DNA from: Chiloscyllium plagiosum
Taxonomy: Eukaryota
Direction of reading: 5' to 3'
NCBI RefSeq assembly: GCF_004010195.1
Contig: NW_025214724.1
Location: 1-32,517, forward strand
Length of the DNA stretch: 32,517 bases
The notes below the pieces were generated by a model, which was not told the DNA's origin, searched no databases, and saw only the letters and a program-made list of their open reading frames with translations. This document shows, in pieces, positions 11,390 through 21,692 of this stretch. Position 1 is the stretch's first letter; each line of letters starts with the position of its first letter. The position numbers and the translations under genes were made by a program.

Positions 11390-12050
11390 TCCTCTAGGGT
11401 TGTAGACTTATTTCTCATCCTCTTTCTGATCTGAATGGTTGAGTGAGTTTTGTTTCTGTGGGATCTGCTGCACCATCTACTTCATGTCGTAACTCATTTG
11501 CCCTATTCGATCTTTATTCCACACACCGTTTCCCAGTGATTGGGCTTTCCATAAGCTCTGCAGTTTGAACCATATGTCAGGTACTTTTCTTTCTGGGAAC
11601 TCAAGTGATTGTCCACGGCTCCTGAACGTCCTTCTGTCTGTCTCGTGTATGTTCTTTTGTTGCTATTCCACTGTATGAGCCCAGCTGCCTTTCCCTTTGC
11701 TGAACTGAAAGTTAGCCATTGATCTGACAGACAACCATTGCTGCCATGTTATGTTTTCTTGTTCCCAAAAGCTTGAATTAACCATATTTTAAATTCAAAA
11801 TGTTAGCACTTCATTTCATGCATTTGTGGCAGCTTTCATGTGGGTGGTGGGTTGAAACTTTGTTCTGTATCTCTACATCCAGTATAACAATCCAATTCTT
11901 AAGGCTTGGAAGATGATTAAACAAAAGAAGCTGAATTTCATTCCAACTGTCACATATTCCAGACAATGCATGCAGACTAGCTACATATTTCACCAGGACT
12001 TAAACCTTGATTGTTGAGACACAGTTTTTATGGATATCTGCAAATAAACA
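11390..12050 (-). mobile_element. Gypsy gag fragment, decayed
   Basis: Minus-strand YGSNCRAYGKPNHWETVC at 11521-11574 is a CX2CX4HX4C zinc knuckle with one Cys changed to Tyr. Collinear with the protease-RT fragment. Confidence 0.7.
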
Positions 12051-12190
12051 TTCCAGTGCCATTCTCTTCTTCATCAGAGTGAAGCTCCAATAAAGGTAAA
12101 AACAGGTGGTCTTTGGGATGTTGTGAATGTATGTAAACAATCAGCCTCAGAGATCTGCCAGTGAGAGAGATTGAATCAGTGGCTAAAAAC

Positions 12191-12224
12191 ATCCTGAAGA
12201 AGGGCTCATGCCCGAAACGTCGAT
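12191..12224 (+). ncRNA. Minimal type I hammerhead ribozyme, intact core; predicted cleavage after C12221
   Basis: AUC-CUGAAGA-A-GGGC-UCAU-GCCC-GAA-ACGU-C-GAU: stem I AUC/GAU, stem II GGGC/GCCC, palindromic ACGU stem III, GUC triplet. Confidence 0.85.
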
Positions 12225-12282
12225 TCTCCTGCTCCTCAGATGCTGCCTAACCTGCTGTGCTTTTCCAGCACCACACCCTCGA
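12193..12282 (+). mobile_element. 90-bp Penelope-like pLTR insertion, family A
   Basis: Exact 9-bp TSD TAAAAACAT at 12184-12192 and 12283-12291; family A body. Confidence 0.9.
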
Positions 12283-12742
12283 TAAAAACATTTGTGGCAG
12301 GAAATGAAAATAATGGCTTTGATGTTCACGATATTGAGTCAGAGAAAATATCTGTCCAAACTGTATTGTATATTGGGCACGCAATGTTACAACTTGGAGC
12401 CCAGTTTGGGTCAGGGGACACTATTAAGCCAAATGATAGTGAGTTAGAGTTAAGGGTGTTCAACGTACGTGCGGAAACTGATGTTGTCAGGTGGTGTCAA
12501 AGAGGTGCAGCATGTGTTGAAAAAAAAAGGATTAGGTATAGATCCTTGGAGAAACCACTATCAACACTGTAGAAGTGGGAAAAGAAACTCTTTTACAGGT
12601 GACTTCCTAGGGACAACTGGATAGAGAAGAAAGAAACCAGCTAAGTAAAATCATATCCAGTTGGATGATGATCAAGGAGGGATGCTGGAATTATATGGCC
12701 AACCATATCTAAGGTGCAATAGGTCAAGGAGACATGGTTTAT

Positions 12743-12957
12743 CAGCATCTATGGAGAGAGAAAAGAGAAACAGAATTACAATTCCATGTTTGATATGACA
12801 CTACTTTGGAACTGAAAATAATGCAGTAGAGTCATATCAGACTCGAAACATTTCATTAATTTCTCTTTCCACAGATGCTGCCAGGCATTCTGAGTTTCTC
12901 CAGCACTTTCAGTTCTTCTTTCAGATTCCTAGCATTTATAGTACTTAGCTTTTATTT
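12743..12957 (+). mobile_element. Old Penelope-like pLTR fold-back remnant, family D
   Basis: Stem II GAGTC-ATATCA-GACTC followed by GAAACATT (12829-12852), then CACAGATGCTGCCAG...CTCCAGCACTTTC. Decayed inverted arm CAGCATCTATGGAGAGAG on the left. Confidence 0.65.
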
Positions 12958-13006
12958 GGCTAATTATAATTCTCACACTACAGCAGAATAACATGTTTAA
13001 TAGTGA

Positions 13007-13133
13007 CAAGATTGTGGTGCTGGAAAAGCACAATACGTCAGGCAGCATCCGAGGAGCAGGAAAACTGAAGTTTCGGGCAAAAGCCCTTTATCAGGACTCT
13101 AAACTCCAGTATCTGCAGTCCTCACTTTTGCCT
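13007..13133. mobile_element. Penelope-like pLTR insertion, family A: inverted body plus direct tail
   Basis: Exact 14-bp TSD ATGTTTAATAGTGA at 12993-13006 and 13134-13147. Minus-strand mutated core CTGATAAAGGGCTTTTGCCCGAAACTTC. Confidence 0.9.
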
Positions 13134-13339
13134 ATGTTTAATAGTGATTTTGCTGTAATTACAAGATACCATCTGAGAAAAATTCATCTGATTGTAAGTC
13201 AATCATGAGGGAAAGCTAGCCAAAACTGGAATTCTTACTCAACTAATTTTGTAAAAATCACTAGAAAGCCTGCAGAAAGCAAAACACACTGTTCAGAAAT
13301 GTGCAAAGTTGGCCATTATCAGCAAGGCAAACGCTGAAT

Positions 13340-13633
13340 AATTTATTCTTCATATAGGATGTGAGCTCAGTATCTGCTGCCCATCCCTAGTTGTCCTTGA
13401 ACCCAGTGGCTTGCTCAGATGAACTACAATGGTGTGGCCAGCTCAGGGCAGCAGATTTTCTTTTCTGATGGACATTGCATGGGTTTTATATTAATAGGCA
13501 ATGGTTACCATATTAACACCATTATTAATCAGATTTAAAATTCACCAGCTCCTTTGATAGAATTTGAACCCATGTTCTCAGAGTTAGCCTCTGTGCTACT
13601 AGCCCGAAGATATTACCACTACATCATCATGAC
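13340..13633 (-). mobile_element. Old tRNA-derived SINE with LINE-derived 3' tail
   Basis: Minus-strand head GATGTAGTGGTAATATC...GGGTTCAAATTC (A/B boxes). Tail resembles the LINE 3' end at 21620-21690. Confidence 0.65.
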
Positions 13634-14324
13634 CCTATCTTATTCTTCCACTTTAAATATATTTGGCTGTAAAACAACAGCTTTGACTAATTGTGCCATT
13701 TACTGGTAGGAAAGGTTAATATCTTAGCGTGTCAACAATCTCTGTTTGATAAAGCCAAGAATTTGGACTTTTTGAACAAGTATTATATTGGTTGAATGCA
13801 CATAAGATGCAACCAAGCAAGCCCTTACCTGCCACCAGTTAGCTTTCAGCTATGTATATCAGATTATAGAAACAGGCTACTGGTGTTCTATCACAAAATA
13901 AACATTTGACTTCAGCATAAATTGACAGGATTAACTGGTTTTACAATGCCAACGGAGAATAGACATTGACTTGTTGTTAGTACTTTTACATAGTTACGCA
14001 AAGAACAACATGCCACAGAATCACAGTAATGTTATTATGCAGGACTGCCCATTGTTTCAGCATGTTGTCTCTCAATGAGAATCATCATTTAGTGACATTT
14101 TCCTACCCTCGCCTCATAACTTTGCACGTTATTTCTATTTATATATTTCTGGCATTTAACACCAATTTCTTCATAATATCTATGGTCCTTGCACTAATAA
14201 CCTGTAATTAATATATGGATCATGTAAAAGTCACAAATTATACTGTGAACTATCCAATACCTTGCCATAATTCTGTTGTAAGGAATTTGCTGCTTTTAAC
14301 AATGATTGTTATTAGCTTGTGGAA

Positions 14325-14520
14325 TTGGTTAGCTCAGTTGGCTAAGGGTGTAGTGCAAGGTAATGCCAACTAGTCAGGTACAGTTCAATACCAGCTGAGG
14401 TTATTCTTGATCTTTGTCTGATCACTTTGACCTGAGTGTTACAGCTGCTAACATACCCTCCTCATCTCTGGAATAAGGAAATGTGTGAAGAGTAGCATGT
14501 ACCCTTTCTCTTCTATGGTC
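14325..14520 (+). mobile_element. Old tRNA-derived SINE
   Basis: GGTTAGCTCAGTTGGCT A box and CAGCTGAGGTTA; related to 19340-19524. Confidence 0.55.
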
Positions 14521-14538
14521 AAATTCAACTGAAGAAGA

Positions 14539-14671
14539 TCTGGAGAAGAGTCATTTGTGATTTGAATTGTTAACCGTTTCTCTTGTCACAGCTGCTGCTA
14601 GACGTCTGAATTCTTCCAGCACTTTCTGGTTTTATTCCAGATTCTAGCATCTGCAGTATTTCACTTGTATT
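14539..14671 (+). mobile_element. Old Penelope-like pLTR remnant, family D
   Basis: Decayed core TCTGGAGAAGAGTCATTTGTGATTTGAATTGTTAAC followed by CCAGCACTTTCTG...CAGATTCTAGCATCTGCAGTATTT. Confidence 0.65.
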
Positions 14672-17000
14672 AAAAATTAAGCTGGTTTATTTTCCATTAT
14701 GTTGAGCAAAGTAGTAAATCCTGAACTTTATACTGTAATGTTCATGTAACATATAAAACAGCAAAGCATTTCATACTGTTGCTGTTAGAAACATTGAACA
14801 CACTCTTTTGATTGAACATGTCTTTTTTTTAAACGTGATTGCTTTGTCCTGTTTTTTCAGTAATGGCGTTTGTGTATGGGGCTCTGTCTTCACTTCGTCG
14901 TTGGAGCAAATGGCTTTGCCTGTGTCAGTTTCTGCTCCATTCCGCACATGAACAAATCAGAGGTTAATTGAAATGCATCTTAAATATCTAAGTTTATACA
15001 TAACTTTCCTCTCAAACATCTGTCCAAAACAAGATATTTATAAACATGTAAATTATATTTTTTAAGTTCCAATTTATGAGAAAACAAATTATGTTACTGT
15101 AGCATAATGGAATTTGTCAGCTATGATTGTATGTCTGTTTAATTTGACATTTTCATCAACTGGATTCCGAGGAATATATTTTACAGTATAAGGCTCATTC
15201 TATCCCTTTTGATTTGGCTCTTGATTCACTAACCTTGTTCCTTTTACCGATATTTTCCACACTGAAATTCCTGAAACCGTGCTGCCATTTGTGAATAAAT
15301 GTATGTGTGTTTGGATTTAAAGGGAATACAGTTTAAGTGTGCATATTAGTAATCAATCATTCCTTTTGCCATGCTAGACGAGGATAAGTTTGTTATAATA
15401 AATAAGTTTTGTTTCTTGTGCACTGATGAAACTTAGTTTGAATTTCTTTCATCCTATACTGTGGTTGGAGTCAGTCATATTTGATACTTGTGATAACTTG
15501 AGGAATAGTGAGGATTGATTTTCAGCGCACTCTTCCCATTAGGGTCACAACAAAGTCTAAAGGAGAACAATGATTTGTAAGTATTGTGATGACAGCACAG
15601 AATGAAAATGAAGTGCCATTTGGGAACTCGGTTTTCTTGTAACATTATGAGTTTCACAGACCTGTGTAAAATTACAGCAGATATGATCCAACCCTCAAAG
15701 GGAACAATGTGCACAGCTTAGTCCTGGAGCTCAATGCTATGGTGAGGCGGTTAGAACTGGAATTTCAGTTATTAGACACAATGCTAAAACCACTCATCTG
15801 AGCAGAATCAAGTTGAAAGCTCAAACTAGTAACCCTAAGTTTTCAGAAGAGATTTTCCGATATTTTGCAGCCCATGACTGACAAACAGAGATCTGAACAG
15901 AATGAGTTAGCTTTTGACTGCAGGAACACAAAGGAGCTGCTGCCTTGTCTGACACAGCTAATGCAAATAAAGGGAAGAGGTCTCTTCTGGAGCAGTGTAA
16001 ATTGGCAGAGTCAGCTAAGATAATTTTGAAACAGAACCAGAGATCACATTATTCCGACCAACAAAGTTAGAGGAAAAACCAACAAGGCACATGTGTGCCA
16101 TCACAAGACCCTAACACACTAAAAACTGGCGTTTAAATAAATGGACAAAAGTGGAAATAACTCGAATAATAAACAGTTGTTAATGCACAAGAGGTTTTGG
16201 CTGTATTGTGTACAATTTGAGTAACTCACAGTTACAATTATAATGCCTGTTACGAAAATGGGGATCATTGGATTGAAATGTAATCATATGCAAATGTCCA
16301 TCCAGGCTTCCTTAGTCAAGTGACCTTTGCCATGAGACATACTGATGATAGACAGCCATCTTACAGGCAACTCCATAAAGATACATTACAAGTCAGATTG
16401 TTGTTCTGTAAGTTTGTAACACTTGCACTGTATAATTTTCTTTGTTTACTATCAGATAAATCAAGTAAACTAAGGTCTTATGACAACTTGTAGCCTGGAT
16501 TTCATGAAGGTGTAGAGACTCACAGCCCCTCCAAAATATTGGTCTGGACCTAAATCCAAAACTCTTAACACCATTGTCAACACTTTCTATTTTCATTATT
16601 TGTGGCTAAGTTGGTTATTGTGATGTATGGAGTTAATATGAATGAGTAGAGGCATGCATTGGCATAGGCAGTTATAAGGTGTCATTAGTGTGGGTGAACA
16701 TATTGACATGAGTTGACACGTGTGGGCATGTGATGTGGTGAGAAGGTCTGAGGGTTAGAGGGCATAATGTTTAAAACCAATTTGGATAAAGTCCTACAAA
16801 ATGGAGGCATGCCTTTTAAACAGCCTGACTCAGAAATCAGAAGCCCTGTGACTTACCCAATCTGTACCTGGGAGGGACAAGACTAACTCCGTTCCACCAT
16901 CACCTGCCTAGAATGAAACTCTTGCCTTTTGGGATACGTTTCCAAGCCAAGAAATGTTCTGCTATCTGCTAACTAAGTTGGAAGTGAAAAGCTAGACCAA

Positions 17001-17172
17001 AGAGTCAAGATTTCAAGTCCAGTGACCCTTTGTCAGAATTGTTCTGATGAAGGATCACAGGACTCAAAATTTTAACTCTGCTTCTCTCTCTTTGGATGTT
17101 GCCAGACTTGCCAAGTTTCTGCAGCACTTTCTGTTGGCGTTCCAGGCTTCCAGAAGACCTTTACTTTTATTT
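17001..17172 (+). mobile_element. Old Penelope-like pLTR fold-back remnant, family D, two decayed hammerheads on opposite strands
   Basis: Minus strand TTCTGACAAAGGGTCACTGGACTTGAAATCTTGACTCT (17001-17038) and plus strand TTCTGATGAAGGATCACAGGACTCAAAATTTTAACTCT (17042-17079), 3 bp apart. Confidence 0.75.
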
Positions 17173-18019
17173 TGACATAGTTTTAACAAAATTATAACCT
17201 TTCTCAACAATTGTGTGAGTGGCTTTGAGAATCTTGGTTTTTAAAATTAATTATGTGAAAATTACATTCCGCGAGTCTGAGGAATAATGGTGTGGCCAAA
17301 AATGTTTGATTCTATTCCTATTTTCAAACCCTGGTTGCTGAAGTTGTAGGTAAGAAACTCACAGGGGAGAAGTCACCCACTATATAATTGCATGCAGTGT
17401 TATAAGATACAAGGCTTGTCATGAAATTTTGCACTAAATAGTCAGCTTGCCGAGAAAAGTTAACAAAAGATGTCCGTTGGCCATCTGTGCCGCTTATTTA
17501 ACAGATACATAGCATTGTACTTGTACAGCCAATTACAGTGCAGCCTCTTTTCTTTGCTGAGATTAGTGTAACCAAAGTTAAAATGCTGTGTACATGCTCT
17601 CACAATGCTGTTCTGTAGGAAGTCAGGAGTATTGAGCCCAATGTCCGAGAAGTCATCTTCTTGATTTCTCTGCCCAAAGGCAGGTCCAATACACAACGCT
17701 ACAATATCTACCATGGATAGGGCAAATAGACAGTTCCCGAATCTACTCTAGGGATCAAACATTTTGCTACTGCTGACAAGCGGATAGAGACAGGTGATTC
17801 ATGCAACTGAAACAGCCCCAAGCAGACCGAAGTGCTGCTGTAACTACATTTTCACATGTTTGCTGGAGCTCTGCACAGTACTGTTCGAGGCTGTAATTCC
17901 TGTTCAAGTTATGGTTAGCTAGAAATCTCTTCGGCTATTACTGTCTGCCATTGACATATGTTGGAACAAGGTACAAGTTGGTACTCAGTCTATTTGACCA
18001 CATTATGTATACCCGCCCT

Positions 18020-18095
18020 TAACCATCAAGTCCTGGAGTGGGATTTGAACCCAGAGCTTTTAGCACACAGCCAATGATCCTACACTATGAGACTT
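18020..18095 (-). mobile_element. tRNA-derived SINE head fragment
   Basis: Minus-strand B box GGGTTCAAATCCCACTCC; A box decayed. Confidence 0.5.
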
Positions 18096-19046
18096 TCAAC
18101 AAGAAGGAATGACAGTTTAAGTCAGGATGTGGTGGGACTTGGAGGTCAAAGATTTGGTGGTTTTGACAAAGAATTGATTATTATTACATGTCTAATCTTA
18201 CCATCTGTGAATTATGGACACTTTTGAAGCTTTATGGAAATTTATTCTAACTCCTTACTTTCATTAATGGTACACTGTAATTCACCCATGAAATTAAGTC
18301 AATGAAACTGCAAATATGCCATTCATAATCTCAAATTCAGAGCCAGTTTGTCCTATACCTCATTGCATTTATGATGTAACCACACCAAGCCAAACATTCT
18401 TCTATTTTGTTTGATTTTTTTTCCACTTATCTCTGTTTGACTTCCAACCCACAGCACAGCACTATTAAAGCATGGAGTAATCAGGATCATCTTTCAATTT
18501 TGTCAAATATACAATGATGGCTCATTATATTAATATCAGATTTCCTTAAAACGTTTGCTGATCTCCTAAATTTAATTTTGTGTTGCTGTTAGAAATCCAT
18601 TGGCTAGGTTTAACAAGGAATGGTCGTCCCCACATCACCTGGCTGGATTGGGATTGGTATCTGGGCGTGGTTGGGATACAGTCCACCATAGGGAAAGAAC
18701 AGTTGCTCCAACTGACTGTTAATTGACTGGAGATGGGTTTGTCCCTCTCAGTAACATGAAGTTCTGCCTTAGTGAGCTTCCAGCCAATCAGATAGCCAGC
18801 ACCTCTGTAGTCCCAGCAATGTCAAGCAGGGCTAATGGCTGAAAGTGAGACTACAGACAGTTCCAAATGGAAATCATCATTGCAGCCAGACACCAAGATA
18901 ATATAGGTAGGAACATATTGGAATCACAGTGGTGGGGCCTGGTGAGAGGGTTGAGATACGTCAAGTGCTGGGCCTGGCGGGTTGGGCTGGTAAAATGGGA
19001 AGTGTGATCTTGAGGATGGCAAAGCTCTGATGAAACAGAGTAAAGT

Positions 19047-19325
19047 GGGTGGCACAGTAATGCAGCGGTTAGCATTGCTGCCTTTCAGCACCAGGGACCG
19101 GGTTCAATTCCAGCCTTGGCTGACTACCTATGTGGAGTTTGTATGTTCTCCCCATGTCTGCATGAGTTTCCTCCAGTTTCCTCCCACAGCCCAAAGATGT
19201 GCAGGTCAGGTGGATTGGCCATGCTAAACATGGGGTTATCAGGATTGGGTAGGCAGGTGGGTTGCCCTTCGTAGGGTCAGTACAGAATCAATGGGCTGTA
19301 TCGCCTCTTCCTAGGAATTCTATGA
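19047..19325 (+). mobile_element. HE1-like V-SINE, older copy
   Basis: GGCACAGTAATGCAGCGGTTAGCATTGCTGCC...GGTTCAATTCC head, V-domain-like TGTGGAGTTTGTATGTTCTCCCC, ATTCTATGA tail. Confidence 0.85.
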
Positions 19326-19339
19326 AAAATAAAGGCACT

Positions 19340-19524
19340 ATAATCTTTCCAGACCATCCTTAGTAAGGGATAACTGATGGTGTTTTAACTACAGGCTCAC
19401 TACACCTCAGGCAAAGGGAGATGTTGAGAAGGCAAATCCTTCATGGTAATCTGAGCGGATACAGGACTTAAACCCATGCTGCTTTTATCACAAATCTGTT
19501 GGTCCAGCCGACTGAGCTAACCAG
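19340..19524 (-). mobile_element. Old tRNA-derived SINE
   Basis: Minus-strand GGTTAGCTCAGTCGGCTGG...GGGTTTAAGTCC; related to 14325-14520. Confidence 0.6.
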
Positions 19525-20420
19525 AACAGGTAATGCATGTAAGAGGTTCTCCCTCCATGCCTTGCTTGACACAAGCTATTAGACTGCCATCTTGACAGTG
19601 GCTTGTCCCTGCCACAGGTCACTAAACACATCTAGTGCCCTCCTTAAAATTTCACACAAGTGGGTGGGTATGTAGTGAGAAGGCCATGTACTGAATTTTA
19701 CAAGCCTCCTACTTTCAGACCGGCCAGCAGGGGAGTAAAAAAAATCCAGTTCAGGAAATGTTGCTGAAGTTTATATTATAATCTAACGAGTGCTTTACCT
19801 GTTCATGTGCACAGTTCTAAGAAGAAACAAGATATATTTAAAATTAATAAAGACTCAATTGAATATAGAATTCAAGAGCTGAGAGAATATTAAGTCAGAC
19901 ACAAATCTACACGCAATAGCACTGCTGTCAGAAAACACTAATGTTGGCCTGATCGTGCAACTTGATCCATTCTGCTTTCTAGACTCAAGATTGCAGGAAG
20001 CGATCAATGAGTTAATGACATTAAAACTGTAGTAAATTTGTGCGATGTAGGTGTAGGTAGAGGAGGTGAGTCAGGCATTCATTTTACATCAAATGTAAGG
20101 CTGCAGCATTATTTTAAAGCATGTCAAGAAGTATTGATGGGTGAATGGTATTTTTATCTGTTCAGTTTTAAACAAGATAATGGATCCGAAAGTTAGGGAA
20201 GACAGGAATTTCAGCCAAATGTGTTAGTATTCCTCAGTGATCACTTCCTTGTCCAATCTATGTGGGCATTGCTCCATCTACAAATGTCCATTTCAACCAA
20301 CCAGGCAATCATCTGAGTATCTGAATTAGGGACTTCATGCTTGTTAAAGCTTCTTTTTCATAATCAGTGAGTGATGAACAATGGAGACACTGAACATACT
20401 TAATTTATAAGGATATTTCA

Positions 20421-20530
20421 GGTTGTGGCGCAGTGGTAGTATCATTACCCCTGGATTGGGAGGTCTGGATTCAAGTTCCACCTCCTCCAGAAGTGTGTAA
20501 TAATATCTCTGAACAAGTTGATTAGAAATA
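20421..20530 (+). mobile_element. Short tRNA-derived SINE
   Basis: A box TGGCGCAGTGG, B box GGATTCAAGTTCC, no complete cloverleaf, A-rich downstream sequence. Confidence 0.65.
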
Positions 20531-20578
20531 CAGGCTAAATTAAAAAAAAAGCTTCCGCAGCTTCCACATCTGTCTGTG

Positions 20579-20728
20579 AGAGTCAAGATTAGAGTGGTGC
20601 TGGAAAAGCACTGCAGGTCTGACAGCATCCGAGGAGCAGGAAAATTGACGTTTTGGTCAAAAAGCCTTTTCCAGCACCACTCTAATCTTGACTCTAATTG
20701 CCAGCATCTGCATTACTCACTTCTCCCT
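20579..20728 (+). mobile_element. Penelope-like pLTR fold-back insertion, family A, hammerhead core deleted
   Basis: Perfect 30-bp inverted repeat at 20579-20608 and 20666-20695, then a 33-nt tail. TSD ATCTGTC(T/A)GTGAGAG at 20568-20582 and 20729-20743, partly overlapping the left arm. Confidence 0.88.
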
Positions 20729-21039
20729 ATCTGTCAGTGAGAGGCCAGTCCTATCAAAATTTAAACAGGGCTCCCCAGCCTTTATAGGTATTCAGATCAC
20801 CGATTCTCACTTTCAATCGCTCTTTCCAACTTAGTTCCTTGAACTTAACTGAGGCAATTGCAACAAACCAACACAGATTTCTCTTGAGTTAGCAAAGTGA
20901 TCCTAGCTTGTGTTGCAACAATCTTCAGCTGACGAGACTAATTTGACTAAAAGCTGAGGCCCAACTTCAGCTGGACCACGATTCAACATATTCTTGAACA
21001 GAAAACGTTTCTAGAACCAATAAGCACTATCATTGCAGC

Positions 21040-21692
21040 ACTTTGCAATCTCTACCCATTGATGTTCAATGGCATTGCCATCAATGAAACTGTACTGGAC
21101 CAGTCAGATAAATACTGTGGCTGGAAAAGCAGGTCAAAGCCTATGAGTTCTGTGGCAAGTGTCTCATCTTCTAATTTCCCAAAACCTGTCTACAAAACCT
21201 GTCGAGGGCATAAGTCAGGAGTTTGGAATACTCTCAATTTTCCTGGATGAACACAGGTCCAACAGCACTCAGGAATCTTCGTTCCATTCAGGAAAAAGCA
21301 ATGTACTTCATTGGCACCCAAATACTACTTTTCAACATTTACTCCCATCGTCATGTATGCATGGGGGCAGAAGTGTGTGTCATCCTCAAGATGCAATGCA
21401 GTAGTTCAACAAATCTCTTCGACAGTTTTCCAAATGCACAACCTCTATAACCAAGAAAGACAAGGGCAACCGAGGCACATTCAAGTTCCCTCCAAGCTAC
21501 ACACCACCTCACTTCACTGTTACTGGTCAAGATCCTGGAGCTCCTTTCGCAACAGCACTGTGGGTGTACCTACACCTCCAGGTCTGCAATGGTTTAAGAA
21601 GACAGCTTACACTAACAATTTCAGGGCATTGAACAATTGGCAATAAAGTTTGGCTGACACAGCAATGCCCATATTCCTTGAATGAATTAAAC
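21040..21692 (+). mobile_element. CR1/L2-group LINE 3' fragment
   Basis: FNGIAINE, INTVAGKAGQSL, EYSQFSWMNTGPTALRNLRSIQEKA (consensus-like EYSPLAWMSAAPTTLKKLDTIQDKA). Ends GGCAATAAA...TGAATGAAT. Confidence 0.8.

Larger units (their letters stand above)
12090..12735 (-). mobile_element. L2 LINE RT fragment, highly decayed
   Basis: Minus-strand relics in L2 order: LLDL, LSWF..LSS, G.(P)QGSI, SFRTYVE (resembling SFHMYADD). Confidence 0.6.

Noticed and set aside
15423..15445. CTGATGA-AAC-TTA-GTTT-GAAT as a hammerhead
   Set aside because: GAAA is replaced by GAAT, there is no stem I or III, and no family body follows.
17460..17714. 84-aa minus-strand ORF
   Set aside because: No recognisable domain or splice context; length is within chance expectation.
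19027..19046. CTGATGA just upstream of a SINE
   Set aside because: No stem II or GAAA follows; a chance 7-mer.
18641..19750. Harbinger-type MITE with GGCTGGATT...AATCCAGT ends
   Set aside because: The terminal match is only about 7 bp and I could not verify a TSD.
20421..20495. tRNA gene (also considered for the HE1 heads)
   Set aside because: A and B boxes are present but no consistent cloverleaf forms, and the sequence runs into a SINE body.
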